DNA of 64,000 nucleotides from a virus: IMG/VR virus record IMGVR_UViG_3300043395_000558, positions 2,919-66,918 of that record. One strand, written 5' to 3'. A program made the translations under genes and the position numbers. Below are positions 35,465 through 46,700 of the stretch, piece after piece. Numbering within the stretch: the first letter of the stretch is position 1; each line of letters opens with the position of its first letter. The notes below the pieces were generated by a model. That model had not been told where the DNA came from, did no database searches, and saw only the letters and a program-made list of their open reading frames with translations.

Positions 35465-36877
35465 ATGGGTACTGGTGTAGGTGAAGCCGCCCTGGCGGCG
35501 GAGATTGCTGGCGGTGCTGAAGTTGCCGCTGGAGCAGGTTTTCTTGAAGGAATGGCGGGTGTCTCCGCGCTTGAGGGTGCGGGCGTTGCCGGTCTGGGTC
35601 TTGGCACGGGCGCGGGTCTTGGTACCGGACTAGCTGGTGCTGGTGGTCTGGGCGCATTGAGCCCTGCTTTTCAAACCGCCCTTGGCGAAACCGCCATATT
35701 TAATCCTGAGATTGCCGCGCAGACGGCGCAGTTTGCCAATGTGGGGGCCCTGCCTTCCGCTAACGCAGCCTTGGGTGCAGGTCAGATTGGTGACCCGACG
35801 CTGTTGGCCCAGCAGTTTGGTAGCGGTATTGCCAACGTAAACCCGGCAGCTCCTCTGTATGAGATGAATGCGCTGGAGACAGCGGACGTCATGAAGAACA
35901 TCGACCCCAATATGGTTCAGGGGTATATGCCGATGGACACCCCTAATGCGGCAAATATGGCAGAGAAAGCCCGCTTTGCGGACTATTGGGCTAAGTACCC
36001 CTCAACGCTTGGCACTGCTGCAACACCTGCCGATGTAGCACAAGCTATGGACGCCGGGTTTAATCCCGCTACCGCTACAACTGAAATGGGCGGTAATCTG
36101 GCGCGGCAGACAATGAACTATGTTGATCCCGCAGACATGGCACGGGCATCTGTAAACGCAGCGGACGCGGCCAAGTCTCCGTTCTTCAACCCCCTGTCCT
36201 CCATCTACAACGTCTATAAAGAACAAGATCCGTTGACACAGGGCGTTATGAAGTACGGCGGTATGGGCCTTGGTGCACTGCAAGCCGCCAAATACCTGAA
36301 CAAACCCCAAGGCGTGGCGGCTTCTGAAAAGTATTCGGGCCCGCTGTCCAAGTTCAGCTACAGCCCCAGCACGTACACCCCGTATACGTATAAACCCTAT
36401 GCTGCTGGCGGTCCGGTAGAAGAGATGTCCCGTGAAAACGCAATCGGGGCTAATACGGGTTATCCCCAATCCGACATCCAGCAAGGCGCCTACGCTACCC
36501 CCTGGCAAACCCCCATGTCACGCAATGTCGTGGCCGATGCTGGGGACACCGGCGTGGATCAAATGACGGGCATGGAGCGCATGGCGGGCGGCGGTATTGC
36601 AAACCTTGGCGGCTACTCTGATGGTGGGCGCCTGCTCAAAGGCCCAGGGGATGGCATGTCTGACAACATCCCCGCTACGATTGGGCGTAAGCAACCAGCC
36701 CGTCTGGCCGATGGCGAGTTTGTGGTTCCGGCAGATGTTGTGTCTGGTCTGGGCAACGGCTCTACCGATGCTGGCGCCAAGCAGTTGTACAAGATGCTGG
36801 ACAAGGTCCGCTCGGCTCGTACCGGCACCAAGAAGCAAGGCAAACAGATTAACCCCAACAAGTACACACCCGCATGA
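35465..36877 (+). CDS. Internal virion/ejection protein with GPGDG-SD...GEFV C-terminal domain
   Basis: Gly/Ala-rich N-terminus; three xxGG motifs; C-terminal domain resembles tape-measure C-terminal segments. Confidence 0.7.
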   Translation: MGTGVGEAALAAEIAGGAEVAAGAGFLEGMAGVSALEGAGVAGLGLGTGAGLGTGLAGAGGLGALSPAFQTALGETAIFNPEIAAQTAQFANVGALPSANAALGAGQIGDPTLLAQQFGSGIANVNPAAPLYEMNALETADVMKNIDPNMVQGYMPMDTPNAANMAEKARFADYWAKYPSTLGTAATPADVAQAMDAGFNPATATTEMGGNLARQTMNYVDPADMARASVNAADAAKSPFFNPLSSIYNVYKEQDPLTQGVMKYGGMGLGALQAAKYLNKPQGVAASEKYSGPLSKFSYSPSTYTPYTYKPYAAGGPVEEMSRENAIGANTGYPQSDIQQGAYATPWQTPMSRNVVADAGDTGVDQMTGMERMAGGGIANLGGYSDGGRLLKGPGDGMSDNIPATIGRKQPARLADGEFVVPADVVSGLGNGSTDAGAKQLYKMLDKVRSARTGTKKQGKQINPNKYTPA

Positions 36878-37305
36878 ACCTGAAAATTCAGCACGTCGAG
36901 ACCGATCACGTCCAGCAAGTCTGGCCGATGGTGGAGTCCTTTCTGAACGACGCGCTGACCAAGGGTGTGGATTTTCCTGAGTGGGCTACGTCTTACAACA
37001 TCCACCATGTTCGGCAATATGTGGCGGGGGGACAGTGGCTCCTCTTGGTGGCGGCGGACGAAGAGAATAAAATTCATGGGGCGGCCACCGTGTCGTTCAT
37101 CAACTACCCCCTGCACCGTGTGGCGTTTGTCACCTGTATTGGGGGCAAATTAATTTCCAGTAAGGAGACCTTTGAGCAGCTCAAGGTAATCCTGAAAAGC
37201 CGAGGCGCTACGAAAATCCAAGGGTCAGGACGAGACGCCATCGTCCGGTTGTGGAAACGCTACAACTTTGAACCCCGCAACACTCTGGTCGAGGCATTGC
37301 TATGA
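36874..37305 (+). CDS. GNAT-fold virion-associated protein (T7 gp13-like position)
   Basis: 143 aa; G.GR..IVRLWKRYNF pattern; lies among ejection genes. Confidence 0.6.
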   Translation: MNLKIQHVETDHVQQVWPMVESFLNDALTKGVDFPEWATSYNIHHVRQYVAGGQWLLLVAADEENKIHGAATVSFINYPLHRVAFVTCIGGKLISSKETFEQLKVILKSRGATKIQGSGRDAIVRLWKRYNFEPRNTLVEALL

Positions 37306-38858
37306 GCTACTCACGTCGTCAACTTTACGCCATGGGCGAGACCCTGGGCGAGTGCGTTACCCGCAAAGAAGGCGGTCGAATCATTTACGGTGGCGGTGGC
37401 GGCGGTTCTCCGGCCCCGACTTCCAATACGACCAATACCTCGAACATCCCCGAGTACGCCCGTCCGTACGTAGAGACCATGCTGGGCGCCACCCAGCAAC
37501 AACTGTTCAATACCGCGCCTGGCCCCGATGGCACCACGCAGATTACCAGCGTCAAACCGTACCAGGCTTTTGGTGCCCCGGTTGAAGGTAGTCAGTACGG
37601 TGCGGGTATGGGTCCTGGCGAAATGGGTGCTGCGCGTTCTGCCTATGCCCAGTTTGATCCGTTGCAAAACACCGCCTACCAAGGCGCGGCAAATCTTCAA
37701 GTTCCGGGACAATTCGGTCAAGCTACCGAGGCCACCGGGGCGGGCATTGCTGGCCAGTTTGGTACTACCGGTCAAGCCGGAATGTACGGCGGTCTCGGTG
37801 CCCAATACGGCGGCATGGGGGCACAAGCAGGGCAGCGTGCCGGTATGTACGGCAATATGGGCGCACAAGCAGGACGTCAGGGCATGGGCTATGGCGGCAT
37901 GGGGGCGCAAGCAGGCTTACAAGGCATGCAGTATGGGGCTGAAGCTGGACAAGCAGGCGCACAGTACGCACAGCAGGCAACTGATCCTTACGCGCAACAA
38001 GCATATATGTCGCCGTATATGCAGAACGTGGTGGATGTGCAGCAGCGCGAAGCCCAGCGTGCATCGGATATTTTGGGCGCACAGCAACGCAGTCAAGCTA
38101 CTCAGCAAGGTGCATTTGGTGGCAGTCGCCAAGCGTTAATGGAAGCAGAGCGCCAACGCAATTTGGCTACGCAAATGGGCGGTATCCAAGCCACCGGGCT
38201 GCAATCTGCATTTGAACAGGCACGTCAGGCTCAGCAGTTTGGTGCCAATCTCGGACTACAAGGCAAACAAGCTGCCATGCAAGGCGCTGGTCTCGGTATT
38301 CAAGGTGCTCAAGCCGGTATGCAAGGCGCCGGTCTAGGTATTCAAGGTGCCCAGACAGGTATTCAGGGGCAGCAAGCCGGTATTCAAGGCGCTCAAGCTG
38401 GTATGCAAGGTGCTCAGGTTGGGCTCCAGGGTGTTGGTGCACAGCAAGCCGGTTATGGCCAGGCCATTCAAGGCGCAGGTCAGCTGGGCAATTTGGGTAC
38501 GCAGCAATTGGCAGCTCAACAAGGCGTTCTGGGTACGCAAAGTCAATTTGGTGCTCAGCGACAGGCCTATGACCAAAACGTCATTAACCAAGCCATCCAG
38601 AACTACGCGATGCAGCAACAGTATCCGCAGCAACAATTGGCGTTTATGAATGCCCAGCTTCGCGGTCTGCCCATGCAAGCGAGCACGACACAGTCGTACC
38701 AAGCCCCGCCGAGCTACTTGTCCCAGGCAGCAGGTTTGGGCATGCTCGGCTACGGCTTGAGCAAGATGGGCAAGAAGGGTGGCCTGCCCAAGGACTTTGA
38801 GAAGAAAAAAGACGACGCTCCCGGCGGCCTGCAAGCCCTGGCCCTGTCGAAAATGTAA
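37302..38858 (+). CDS. Gly/Gln-rich DNA ejection protein
   Basis: Leader then GGGGG; YMSPYMQNV, GAFGGSRQ; 7-aa GAQAGMQ repeats. Confidence 0.72.
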   Translation: MSYSRRQLYAMGETLGECVTRKEGGRIIYGGGGGGSPAPTSNTTNTSNIPEYARPYVETMLGATQQQLFNTAPGPDGTTQITSVKPYQAFGAPVEGSQYGAGMGPGEMGAARSAYAQFDPLQNTAYQGAANLQVPGQFGQATEATGAGIAGQFGTTGQAGMYGGLGAQYGGMGAQAGQRAGMYGNMGAQAGRQGMGYGGMGAQAGLQGMQYGAEAGQAGAQYAQQATDPYAQQAYMSPYMQNVVDVQQREAQRASDILGAQQRSQATQQGAFGGSRQALMEAERQRNLATQMGGIQATGLQSAFEQARQAQQFGANLGLQGKQAAMQGAGLGIQGAQAGMQGAGLGIQGAQTGIQGQQAGIQGAQAGMQGAQVGLQGVGAQQAGYGQAIQGAGQLGNLGTQQLAAQQGVLGTQSQFGAQRQAYDQNVINQAIQNYAMQQQYPQQQLAFMNAQLRGLPMQASTTQSYQAPPSYLSQAAGLGMLGYGLSKMGKKGGLPKDFEKKKDDAPGGLQALALSKM

Positions 38859-38867
38859 GGAACGACC

Positions 38868-40706
38868 ATGGCAATGAATCCCCAAAACGTCTTGTCGTCG
38901 CTCCGTATGATGAGCGACCAGCAGTTGCAGCAGTATGCTGCAATGCACAAAAACGACCCGTTCATCTTCCCGTTGGCGTTCCAAGAAAGCCAGACGCGCA
39001 AGCAGATGCGCTCAGAGTCGCAGGCAATGCAGCCCCCTGCACCAAAGGTGGCTGACCAAGCGTTGGCATCCATGGCACCCATGCCCGAGGAAGTGGGTAT
39101 CGGCGCTCTCCCGGCTAAGAACCTGGAAGGCATGTGCGGCGGCGGTATCGTGGCGTTTGATGAGGGTGGTGAGGTGCCCCGGTTCCAGAATACCGGTTTG
39201 GTAGTTGGGCCGCAGTATGACTTCAACGCTTTTTTGCGGCAGATGGGTATTTCTCCGCAAGAATTTGTGGCCTCAGACCCAATGCAACAAAAGAACATCC
39301 GCGAAATGTTCAATCAAACGCACGGCGCACCGCAAACAGCAGCCGCCCCCACAACCCCTGCCGCTACGCCAAGACCCCCCACCATGACGGAGCGCGGGAT
39401 TACCGCTATTGGTAACGCTGCGTCCAGTGCAGGTAACTACCTGTCACGCGGGCTAAGCGGTCTGGGCAAAATAGCTCCGGGGTTTGCAATTGCTGAAGGG
39501 CTTTTTGGACCGCCGCCAGAAGAGTATTTAGAACGCAAAAGACGCGAAGAAGCGCTTGCACGCGCCACAAAAGCAGGGGAAGCGTTTGATCCGACTACGA
39601 TGGCTTCAGTTGCCGCTGGCGCCAAAGACCTTCCCGCAATGCCCGCTAACAAAGACGTGTTTGGTGGCGCAGGTGCATCTGGTAATGCCGGAACAGCCCC
39701 CACAGCCGATACTGGGGCACAACTGCGTCCAGGCGGTGGTATGGGGATTGGGTTCAAGCCTGGTGAGGGCTTGGGTTTGGGCACACGTCCTGGCACATAC
39801 ATGTCCGAGTTGGAATCTATGCAGCCCCAGGGTGAGGTCAAGAGCCCGTTTGAGTCGCAAATTCGTGCTGCGGGTCTAGCTGAAACCAAGGCAGCCGAAG
39901 ACTATCAGAAGCTGCGCGAGCAGCAGATAAAAGATGCCGGACTTGCCGGGGTTGATCAAGAACGCCGCCTCAAAGCACGGGAAGAGAAGCTGGTTAAGAC
40001 TGAAGGCGAGGTTGGCGGTCTGGCGTTGCTCAAAGCTGGCCTGGCTATCATGAGCGGCTCATCTCCGTTTGCCCTCCAGAACATTGGTTCCGGCGCTCAG
40101 GTGGGCGTAGAAGAGTACACCAAGGGTCGTGAGAAGATTGATGCTGCCCGTGAACGTTTGGACGATGCGTTTGATCGTTTGGATCAGGTTCGCCGTGGCG
40201 AGCTGATGATGAACCAAAAAGAGCAGGCCCAGCTGCAACGCGATGTCAACAAGACAATCGCCCAGACCGAGAAGGACGTGCTGGCCGGTGCCCGCGAAGC
40301 CTACGGCTGGAAGAAAGAAGATACCCGGGCTGCCTTCAACGCCTACGTTGCGGATCGCCGCATGGGTGCAGAGATTACTTCTCGTGAGCGTCTTGGTATT
40401 GCCGACATCAACGCCCGGTTGCAAGCTGCCCAGATTAACTCTCCGCTCAACGTGTACCAGCAGCTGGGTGCAGCCAAGCCAGACAGCGCACTGCGTAAGG
40501 GCTTTGACCTCACACAGCAAATGCGTAACTCAGGGCTGTACGGGCTTCTTGGCAAGTATGCAGATCCGATGGAGCTGGAGCAGCTGCGGACGACCAACCC
40601 CGAGATGTACGCCATGGTTGTTGCGCAAATGCAAAACGCGCTTGGAAAAGGACTGGGGGCGTCAGCACTACCCGCCAACGCAGCCATACTTCCGGCCAAG
40701 CAATAA
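38868..40706 (+). CDS. Internal virion/ejection protein
   Basis: 612 aa, helical; MCGGG/FDEGG motifs. Confidence 0.7.
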   Translation: MAMNPQNVLSSLRMMSDQQLQQYAAMHKNDPFIFPLAFQESQTRKQMRSESQAMQPPAPKVADQALASMAPMPEEVGIGALPAKNLEGMCGGGIVAFDEGGEVPRFQNTGLVVGPQYDFNAFLRQMGISPQEFVASDPMQQKNIREMFNQTHGAPQTAAAPTTPAATPRPPTMTERGITAIGNAASSAGNYLSRGLSGLGKIAPGFAIAEGLFGPPPEEYLERKRREEALARATKAGEAFDPTTMASVAAGAKDLPAMPANKDVFGGAGASGNAGTAPTADTGAQLRPGGGMGIGFKPGEGLGLGTRPGTYMSELESMQPQGEVKSPFESQIRAAGLAETKAAEDYQKLREQQIKDAGLAGVDQERRLKAREEKLVKTEGEVGGLALLKAGLAIMSGSSPFALQNIGSGAQVGVEEYTKGREKIDAARERLDDAFDRLDQVRRGELMMNQKEQAQLQRDVNKTIAQTEKDVLAGAREAYGWKKEDTRAAFNAYVADRRMGAEITSRERLGIADINARLQAAQINSPLNVYQQLGAAKPDSALRKGFDLTQQMRNSGLYGLLGKYADPMELEQLRTTNPEMYAMVVAQMQNALGKGLGASALPANAAILPAKQ

Positions 40707-40773
40707 AACAGCTACACTGCTGTTGTGCGTAGAACGCGCCGTCGCACCGGCGCACTAAAATTCGAGACCCTGT

Positions 40774-43700
40774 ATGCCAAAGTACTACCAACTTCCAAAT
40801 GGTGCCTACTACGAAGCTCCCGATGAGCTATCTCCAGGCGAAGCGTACAAGCAGGCATTTAGGGATTACCCCGAGGCGTTTGGTGGTCCGGCGCAAAAAG
40901 GCCCGGAGTCCGGGTTCTTGCCTGCCGCCAAGGCCGGTATCTCCTCTCTTACATCCGACATTGCTGCACTTGCGGGCCGTACTGGCCTCATGGACGAGGC
41001 TGCTGCTGAAAAGAAAATCCAGGCAGAAGAAGAGTACCGCAAGCGTATCTTCAAACCCACGCAAACCTGGGGTGAAGCCCCGGTAACCAAGGGTCTGGAG
41101 CTATTGGGCGGTTCGTTGCCGTACATGGCTGCCCCCTTGGTAGCTGGCGTTGCCGGTGCTGCCACGCCTATTGCGGGTGCCGGGGCTGCTGCAACCGGGC
41201 TTGCCTCTCTTGCTCAGTTTGCGGGTTCCAACTTGTCTCGTCAAATTGACGAGGGCACGCGGCTTGGCCAGACGGATATAGGTGCGGCCTTTGGCGCTGC
41301 CGTTCCCCAGGCTGCGCTTGATGTGCTGTCGTTCAAGATGGCGCCTGGTATTCGACAAATCTTTGCTGCTGCCGGTAAGGAAGTGCCGGAAAAGGCCGCA
41401 GAGCAGATCGCCAAACAGGGCACCATGCGCACGCTCCGTGACTACGGTATTGCCACCGGCAAAGCCATGGGAGCAGAAGGTATTACGGAAGCTGGGCAGC
41501 AGTTCTTTGAACGCCTGCAAGCCGGGTTGAACCTGACCGATGCAAAAGCCCGTGACGAGTACTGGGACAGCCTGGTTGGCGGTGCTGTTCTTGGCGGCGC
41601 CTTGGCGCCTGCTGGCCGTTACGTTGAGCGTGGGCAGATTGCCCAACGCCAGGCCCAGGAACAGCGCGACCTAGAGGCCAAGAAAGCCGCCGAGGAAGCC
41701 AAGCTGGCTGCGGCAGAAGCTGAACAGCTCAAAGCCTACCGGCAAACGCCCGAGTACCTGACCGATATTCAGCAACGTTATGCCACCCTGGTTGAGCAAG
41801 AACAAGCGTTGATTGCCAAGACCAAGATCAAACCGGAAGGTACTGACCCGGCGTCCATGAAGATTGCCGAAGAGGAGAAGCGGGCTGCGCGTAAAGAGCT
41901 GGCTGACTTCAAATCGTCCGACGACTACCAGAAGACGTTGGCTGAGTTCATTGAAGCCAAGCCGCTCCTCAAACAGATTGACCAGAAGCGCAAAGCTACC
42001 GAGGCAGTGTTTGGTCAGCAAGACTTGTACACCCCGGAAGATACGTCGCCCGCTGCCCAGGCTCTCAGCCTGCAAGCCCAGATTGATGATCTGAAAAAAC
42101 AGCAAGCCAAGAAGGGTTTGACCCTGGCAGAGCAACAGCCGTTCCAGAACCGCATCAACGCGCTGGAAGAGCAGCTGTACGGTAAAGAGGGTAAAGAGGG
42201 CATGGTGCCCAGCATGCCTGAGTACACCGAGGCCAAGCGTCAGCTTGATGAGATGATCAAGCGGGCAGGTGAGGGGTTGACTGCTGCTACGACTACTGCC
42301 GACCTTCAGCGCAACACCGACAACTTGCAACGCCTGGAAAAAGCAAAAGCGGACCTGGAGAAGTTGCGCCCGCTCATCCAGACGCCAACGGCGCAGCCGT
42401 CTTTGGCCCAGCTACGTGATCAAGTAGATGCAGCCCAACAAAAAGGCGACACCAAAGCATTGCAGCGTTTGACCCCGATGCTGGCTGAAGCGGAGAAGAC
42501 CCCTGAGCTGCCGTTTGCTACCGGCTACGAGTCCGAGAACCAGCTGGCCGCCGAGATTGCGCAGGGTCGTGAAGACGCTACTCGCCGCCGTGAAGTTGTA
42601 GAAGCCGAGACCAACGCACTGCTACGTATTGGCCAGCGCCCGCTTACGCCGTTTGCCTTGGGCCGCCGTGAGGCTACGCTGCGTGAGGCACGTGAAACGT
42701 TGCGTGCAGCAACTAAACCTACCGGACGTACCGTGTCCAAAGGCACCGCCTACCAGGTTGTGGATGGCAAACTGGGTGCTGCCACCGAGGTGTCTAAGAT
42801 TGTTCGCCGCAATGAGCAGGACTGGGACGCGTTTGGTAAAGACCTGCAAGAGCGTGATTTCCGTACCGTTGGTGAGCGTGAGCGTTTCCGCCAAGAACTC
42901 AAGGACAAGCTGAAAGAGCTTGAGGCTGACTACAGCCAATTCACCGAGCCGTCACCGGCGTTGCAGAAACTCCATCAGACATACGTCGACGCTATTAAAA
43001 AGACGTTAGCAGACGTTGAGAAGAAGTTGGCCCTGACCTCGCAAGCCAAAGGCGACGTTGAGTCCATGATCATGACCGCCAGCGATGAGCGTGTTGCTGA
43101 CCTGATTGACCGTTTGCTTGGCCCGGCCACCGCACGTACCGCAGAAGAAAAAACCCAGCGCCCGCTGGAGGGTATGCAGCCTTCGCTGTTTGACGTTGAG
43201 GCACAAAAGAAAATTGCCGCAGGTGCGCTTGAGACCCGGTTGCCGCAGAAAGCTGAATCGCAAGCACGTGGTGAACTGCCGATCGAACAAGCCCAACGCT
43301 TGATGGAAGAGGCGCAAAGTCTGCGTGCTTTGATAACGGACTACAGCAACAAGATTCAACGTGCCGGTCGTCCAACCAAACCAGAAAAAATTGCAGAGCT
43401 AGCCGACCTGAAGAAGCTACGTGACGACGCCAAGGATTTGCTGGAGATTACCCAGAACCAGTACGAGCGCCTTGTGCAGATGCAGACCCCGGCATATGCG
43501 GCTACGGAAGCTGCACCGACAACCGCCGATTTATTTGGTGGGCTGGAAGAAGCTCGGTCCGAACAAAACAGAATCCAAGACAACCTGGATCGCCTGTATG
43601 GTGAGCGCGACAAGCTGCGCTCTGACCTTCAACGCCGTGGCCAGATGGGTGCTACCCCGCAGCTGCAAGCCCTGGTTGACCAATACAGCAAAGACACCCC

Positions 43701-46700
43701 GCGCCTGCGCCAAGTTGAGGACGAGATTGCCCAGCAAGAAGCCGAACTTGAGCGGGTAAGCGGCAAGACCAGCGCCCGGTTTGACGAGTTTATCCAGGCC
43801 CGTGAGGCTGAACGCGGTGAGGCAGAAGATAAACGCACCCGCACTTTGCCCGGATTTGAGCGCCGTGCTGGCGTTCGTCCCGTTGATGAGCAACAGCTGC
43901 GTGATGCCCGTACCGAGTTGGTGGCACTGCAAAACACCGGGGAAGAGCTGCGTAAAGTTCAAGCCTCGCAAGACAAGGATCCAACCCGGTACCTGCGCCA
44001 GCTGGCTATCCAGAAGAACGAGCAGTACGAAGCGTTCCTGACACAGGCTGATGACCCCATCATTCAGACCTGGCCGATTGAAAAACTTACGTTGATGAAG
44101 CGTAAGTACCCCAAGCGCATTGACCCCACGCAACGGGATGTGGAGTACTTTGACGCCCTGCGCAAACAAGTTAAGTATCTTGAAAACATTATGCGCGGCG
44201 GCAAACGCCGGGATGTTGAGCAGGCAGTCCAAGATAACCTAGCCAAACAAGATCAGGCACGTGCACGTATTGCTGAACTGGAAAGCCGCCAACGCGCATA
44301 TGAGCAGCAAGAAGCCGTGCGTACTGGTGCGGCCCCTGGTGAAGCAGAAGCTCAACGTTTGATTGAGGGGGCGGGCTATCGCACCCCCTCTGGTGCTACC
44401 CGCAAGGCACCCAAGAAACTGGCAAGCTGGGGCATTACAGCTATTACCAAGAAGAACGCAACGCCGGTAGCACCGGCCAAGGTTGCTGCTACGTCTAACG
44501 TGCTGCGGCAATACCAGAAAGAAACCGAGGAAGCAACGACTGCGGGCGCGGCAAAGCAAGAGTCGCTTCAGAAGAAGTTGGCCAAGGCTACCAAGAACCT
44601 GGAAAACCTAAACAACGTTTTGAACCAGGTGTACCCGGAGAGCGTGGCCACGGCAACCGAAGAAGAAATTACCAACCTGTTGGCCGCAGGCATGACGCCA
44701 GAACAACTGGCGGATATGCGCGACATGGGTAAGGTGTACCTTAAACTTAAAAACTCTGTTGCAGGCAACACCGTAGCCGACGTTATTGCCCGTCTTGAGG
44801 CGGAGAAAGAGCGTTTGTCAGGCCAGCTTGGTCGGTTCACAGGACGACGTGGGTCTGTGGCGGAAGAGAAAGAAAACAAGAAAGTAAGCCAGACTATCCA
44901 AGAGCAGCTCCAGGACCTGACCAAAACCATCCGTGACCTGAGCGCGCAACCAAAGAGCAAGGACCCGTGGACCGCCGCATTTAACGCGTTGATCCAAGAG
45001 ACCAACGCCAAGGCGTTGATTACATCGCAAAACGTGGGGTATGAAAGCCTAGCGTTGCAGGGGGCCAAGAACCGCCTTGATGCGTTCGAGAAGGCTGCTC
45101 AAGATGCTCTAGTGGCTGTGGATGCTGAGCCGGATTCTCCGTCAAAAGCCATGCGGTTGGCCAATGCACGTGAAAAGCTGGACCGTATTACCCGGCGGCT
45201 TCCCATCAACGACAACGCCTATAACGCTACGCTTGACGCATACAACAAGGCCGTTGACGAGTTTGACGGCTACCAGGCCGCATACCAGACGGCTCGAATT
45301 GAGCAGCTGTCTTTGCTTCAGGCTTACGGTAACGATGTCAAGAAAGCAATTGACGCAGAAGTTGCCAACATCCAAGCTCTAACGCCGCAGTTGGAAGCAC
45401 AAGCCAAAGAGAACGCTGACCGCGCTGCCGAACTGAAAAAGGCAAACCAGGCGTTGGCCAAGGCCAAGATCGAGGAGCGCAAGAAAGCGGCAGAGGTGGT
45501 ACCGCCCCAAACTGCGGGCCTCACCTATTCCGCAAACGAGCGCCGGGCGCTACAGCGCATCCGCGAGGGCCTGGGCTTGCCCGGCACCCGCTACGAGACA
45601 GACACCACTTCCGAGCTGGTCACCAAAACCAAAGCGGCCATCCGTCAAACGCTTACCCTGGAACAGGCCAAGCTGGATAAAGCCCGCGAAGCAGACGACG
45701 TGGCTAAAGTGCAAGAGCAGACGCTCAAGGTGCAAGAGCTTCAAAAGGCGTTTGAAAGCGTGCAGGACCTGGGCGAGCGTGTCGTTACGCCGGTGGGTGA
45801 AGGCGCCGAGGAGCGTGTGGTTGAGCGTGAGGAGTCTGGCGTGCTGCCTGGCACCCGCCTCCCCCGCCGTCGCGTTGGACCTGTAGCTCGCGTTGGTACG
45901 CAGCCCCCGGGGCAGATGCTGTCTGGTACTGCTGAATCCCGCGAGGCTATCTCCAAGGGCAACCGCCCAATGCAGACGGGTACCCAACGCTTGACCGCTG
46001 CTGATATGAATCAGCAAAACGCCACGTCGGTTAGCCTGGCTGTGCTGCAACAGCAACGCGATGCCGCTACCGGGGACCGCAAGACGCAACTCGATGCCGC
46101 GTTCAAGGCCGCTACTGACGGCATGACCGAAGCCCAGATCAACGACAAGATCAAAGAAGGTAACGATCTTATCAAGGTGCCTGGAGCAGCTACCGTTGTG
46201 GCTGCCCGTGAAAACGTACGCGCTGCTAACGAAGAGTTGAAAGCTGCCGAAGCCGAACGTAGAGCCGCTACGACCCCGGCAGCTAAAGAGATTGCACAAG
46301 ACACGGTGGACGCGGCTCAGGCCAAACTTGACCGCGCATACGCCAAGCTGGAAGCAGCACAGAACGCGGTTGCTGTTGGGATCGAGCCCAACGTAACGCC
46401 TAAAGACGCTGTGCAAAAAGCGTTTGATGAAGCTGCTGAAAGAGAGCTGCGCCAGAAGACGGACAAGACCCGCGCTACTCAGGCCAGCGAAGACATCTAC
46501 GGCGAAGACGTGGCGATGGAGTACACCACCGCTACCCGCACGGAGTCCAACGCAGCAACGCAGGAAGCCATCAAGGACGGGCGCTTCATGGAAGCGGTTG
46601 AGCGTCTGGCTGTGGATAGCGACAACCCGTTGATCCGTGAGACAGCCAACGACATCCGTCGTCTGTTGATGCGTACTAAAGTTGTCATTGATCCTGAGCT

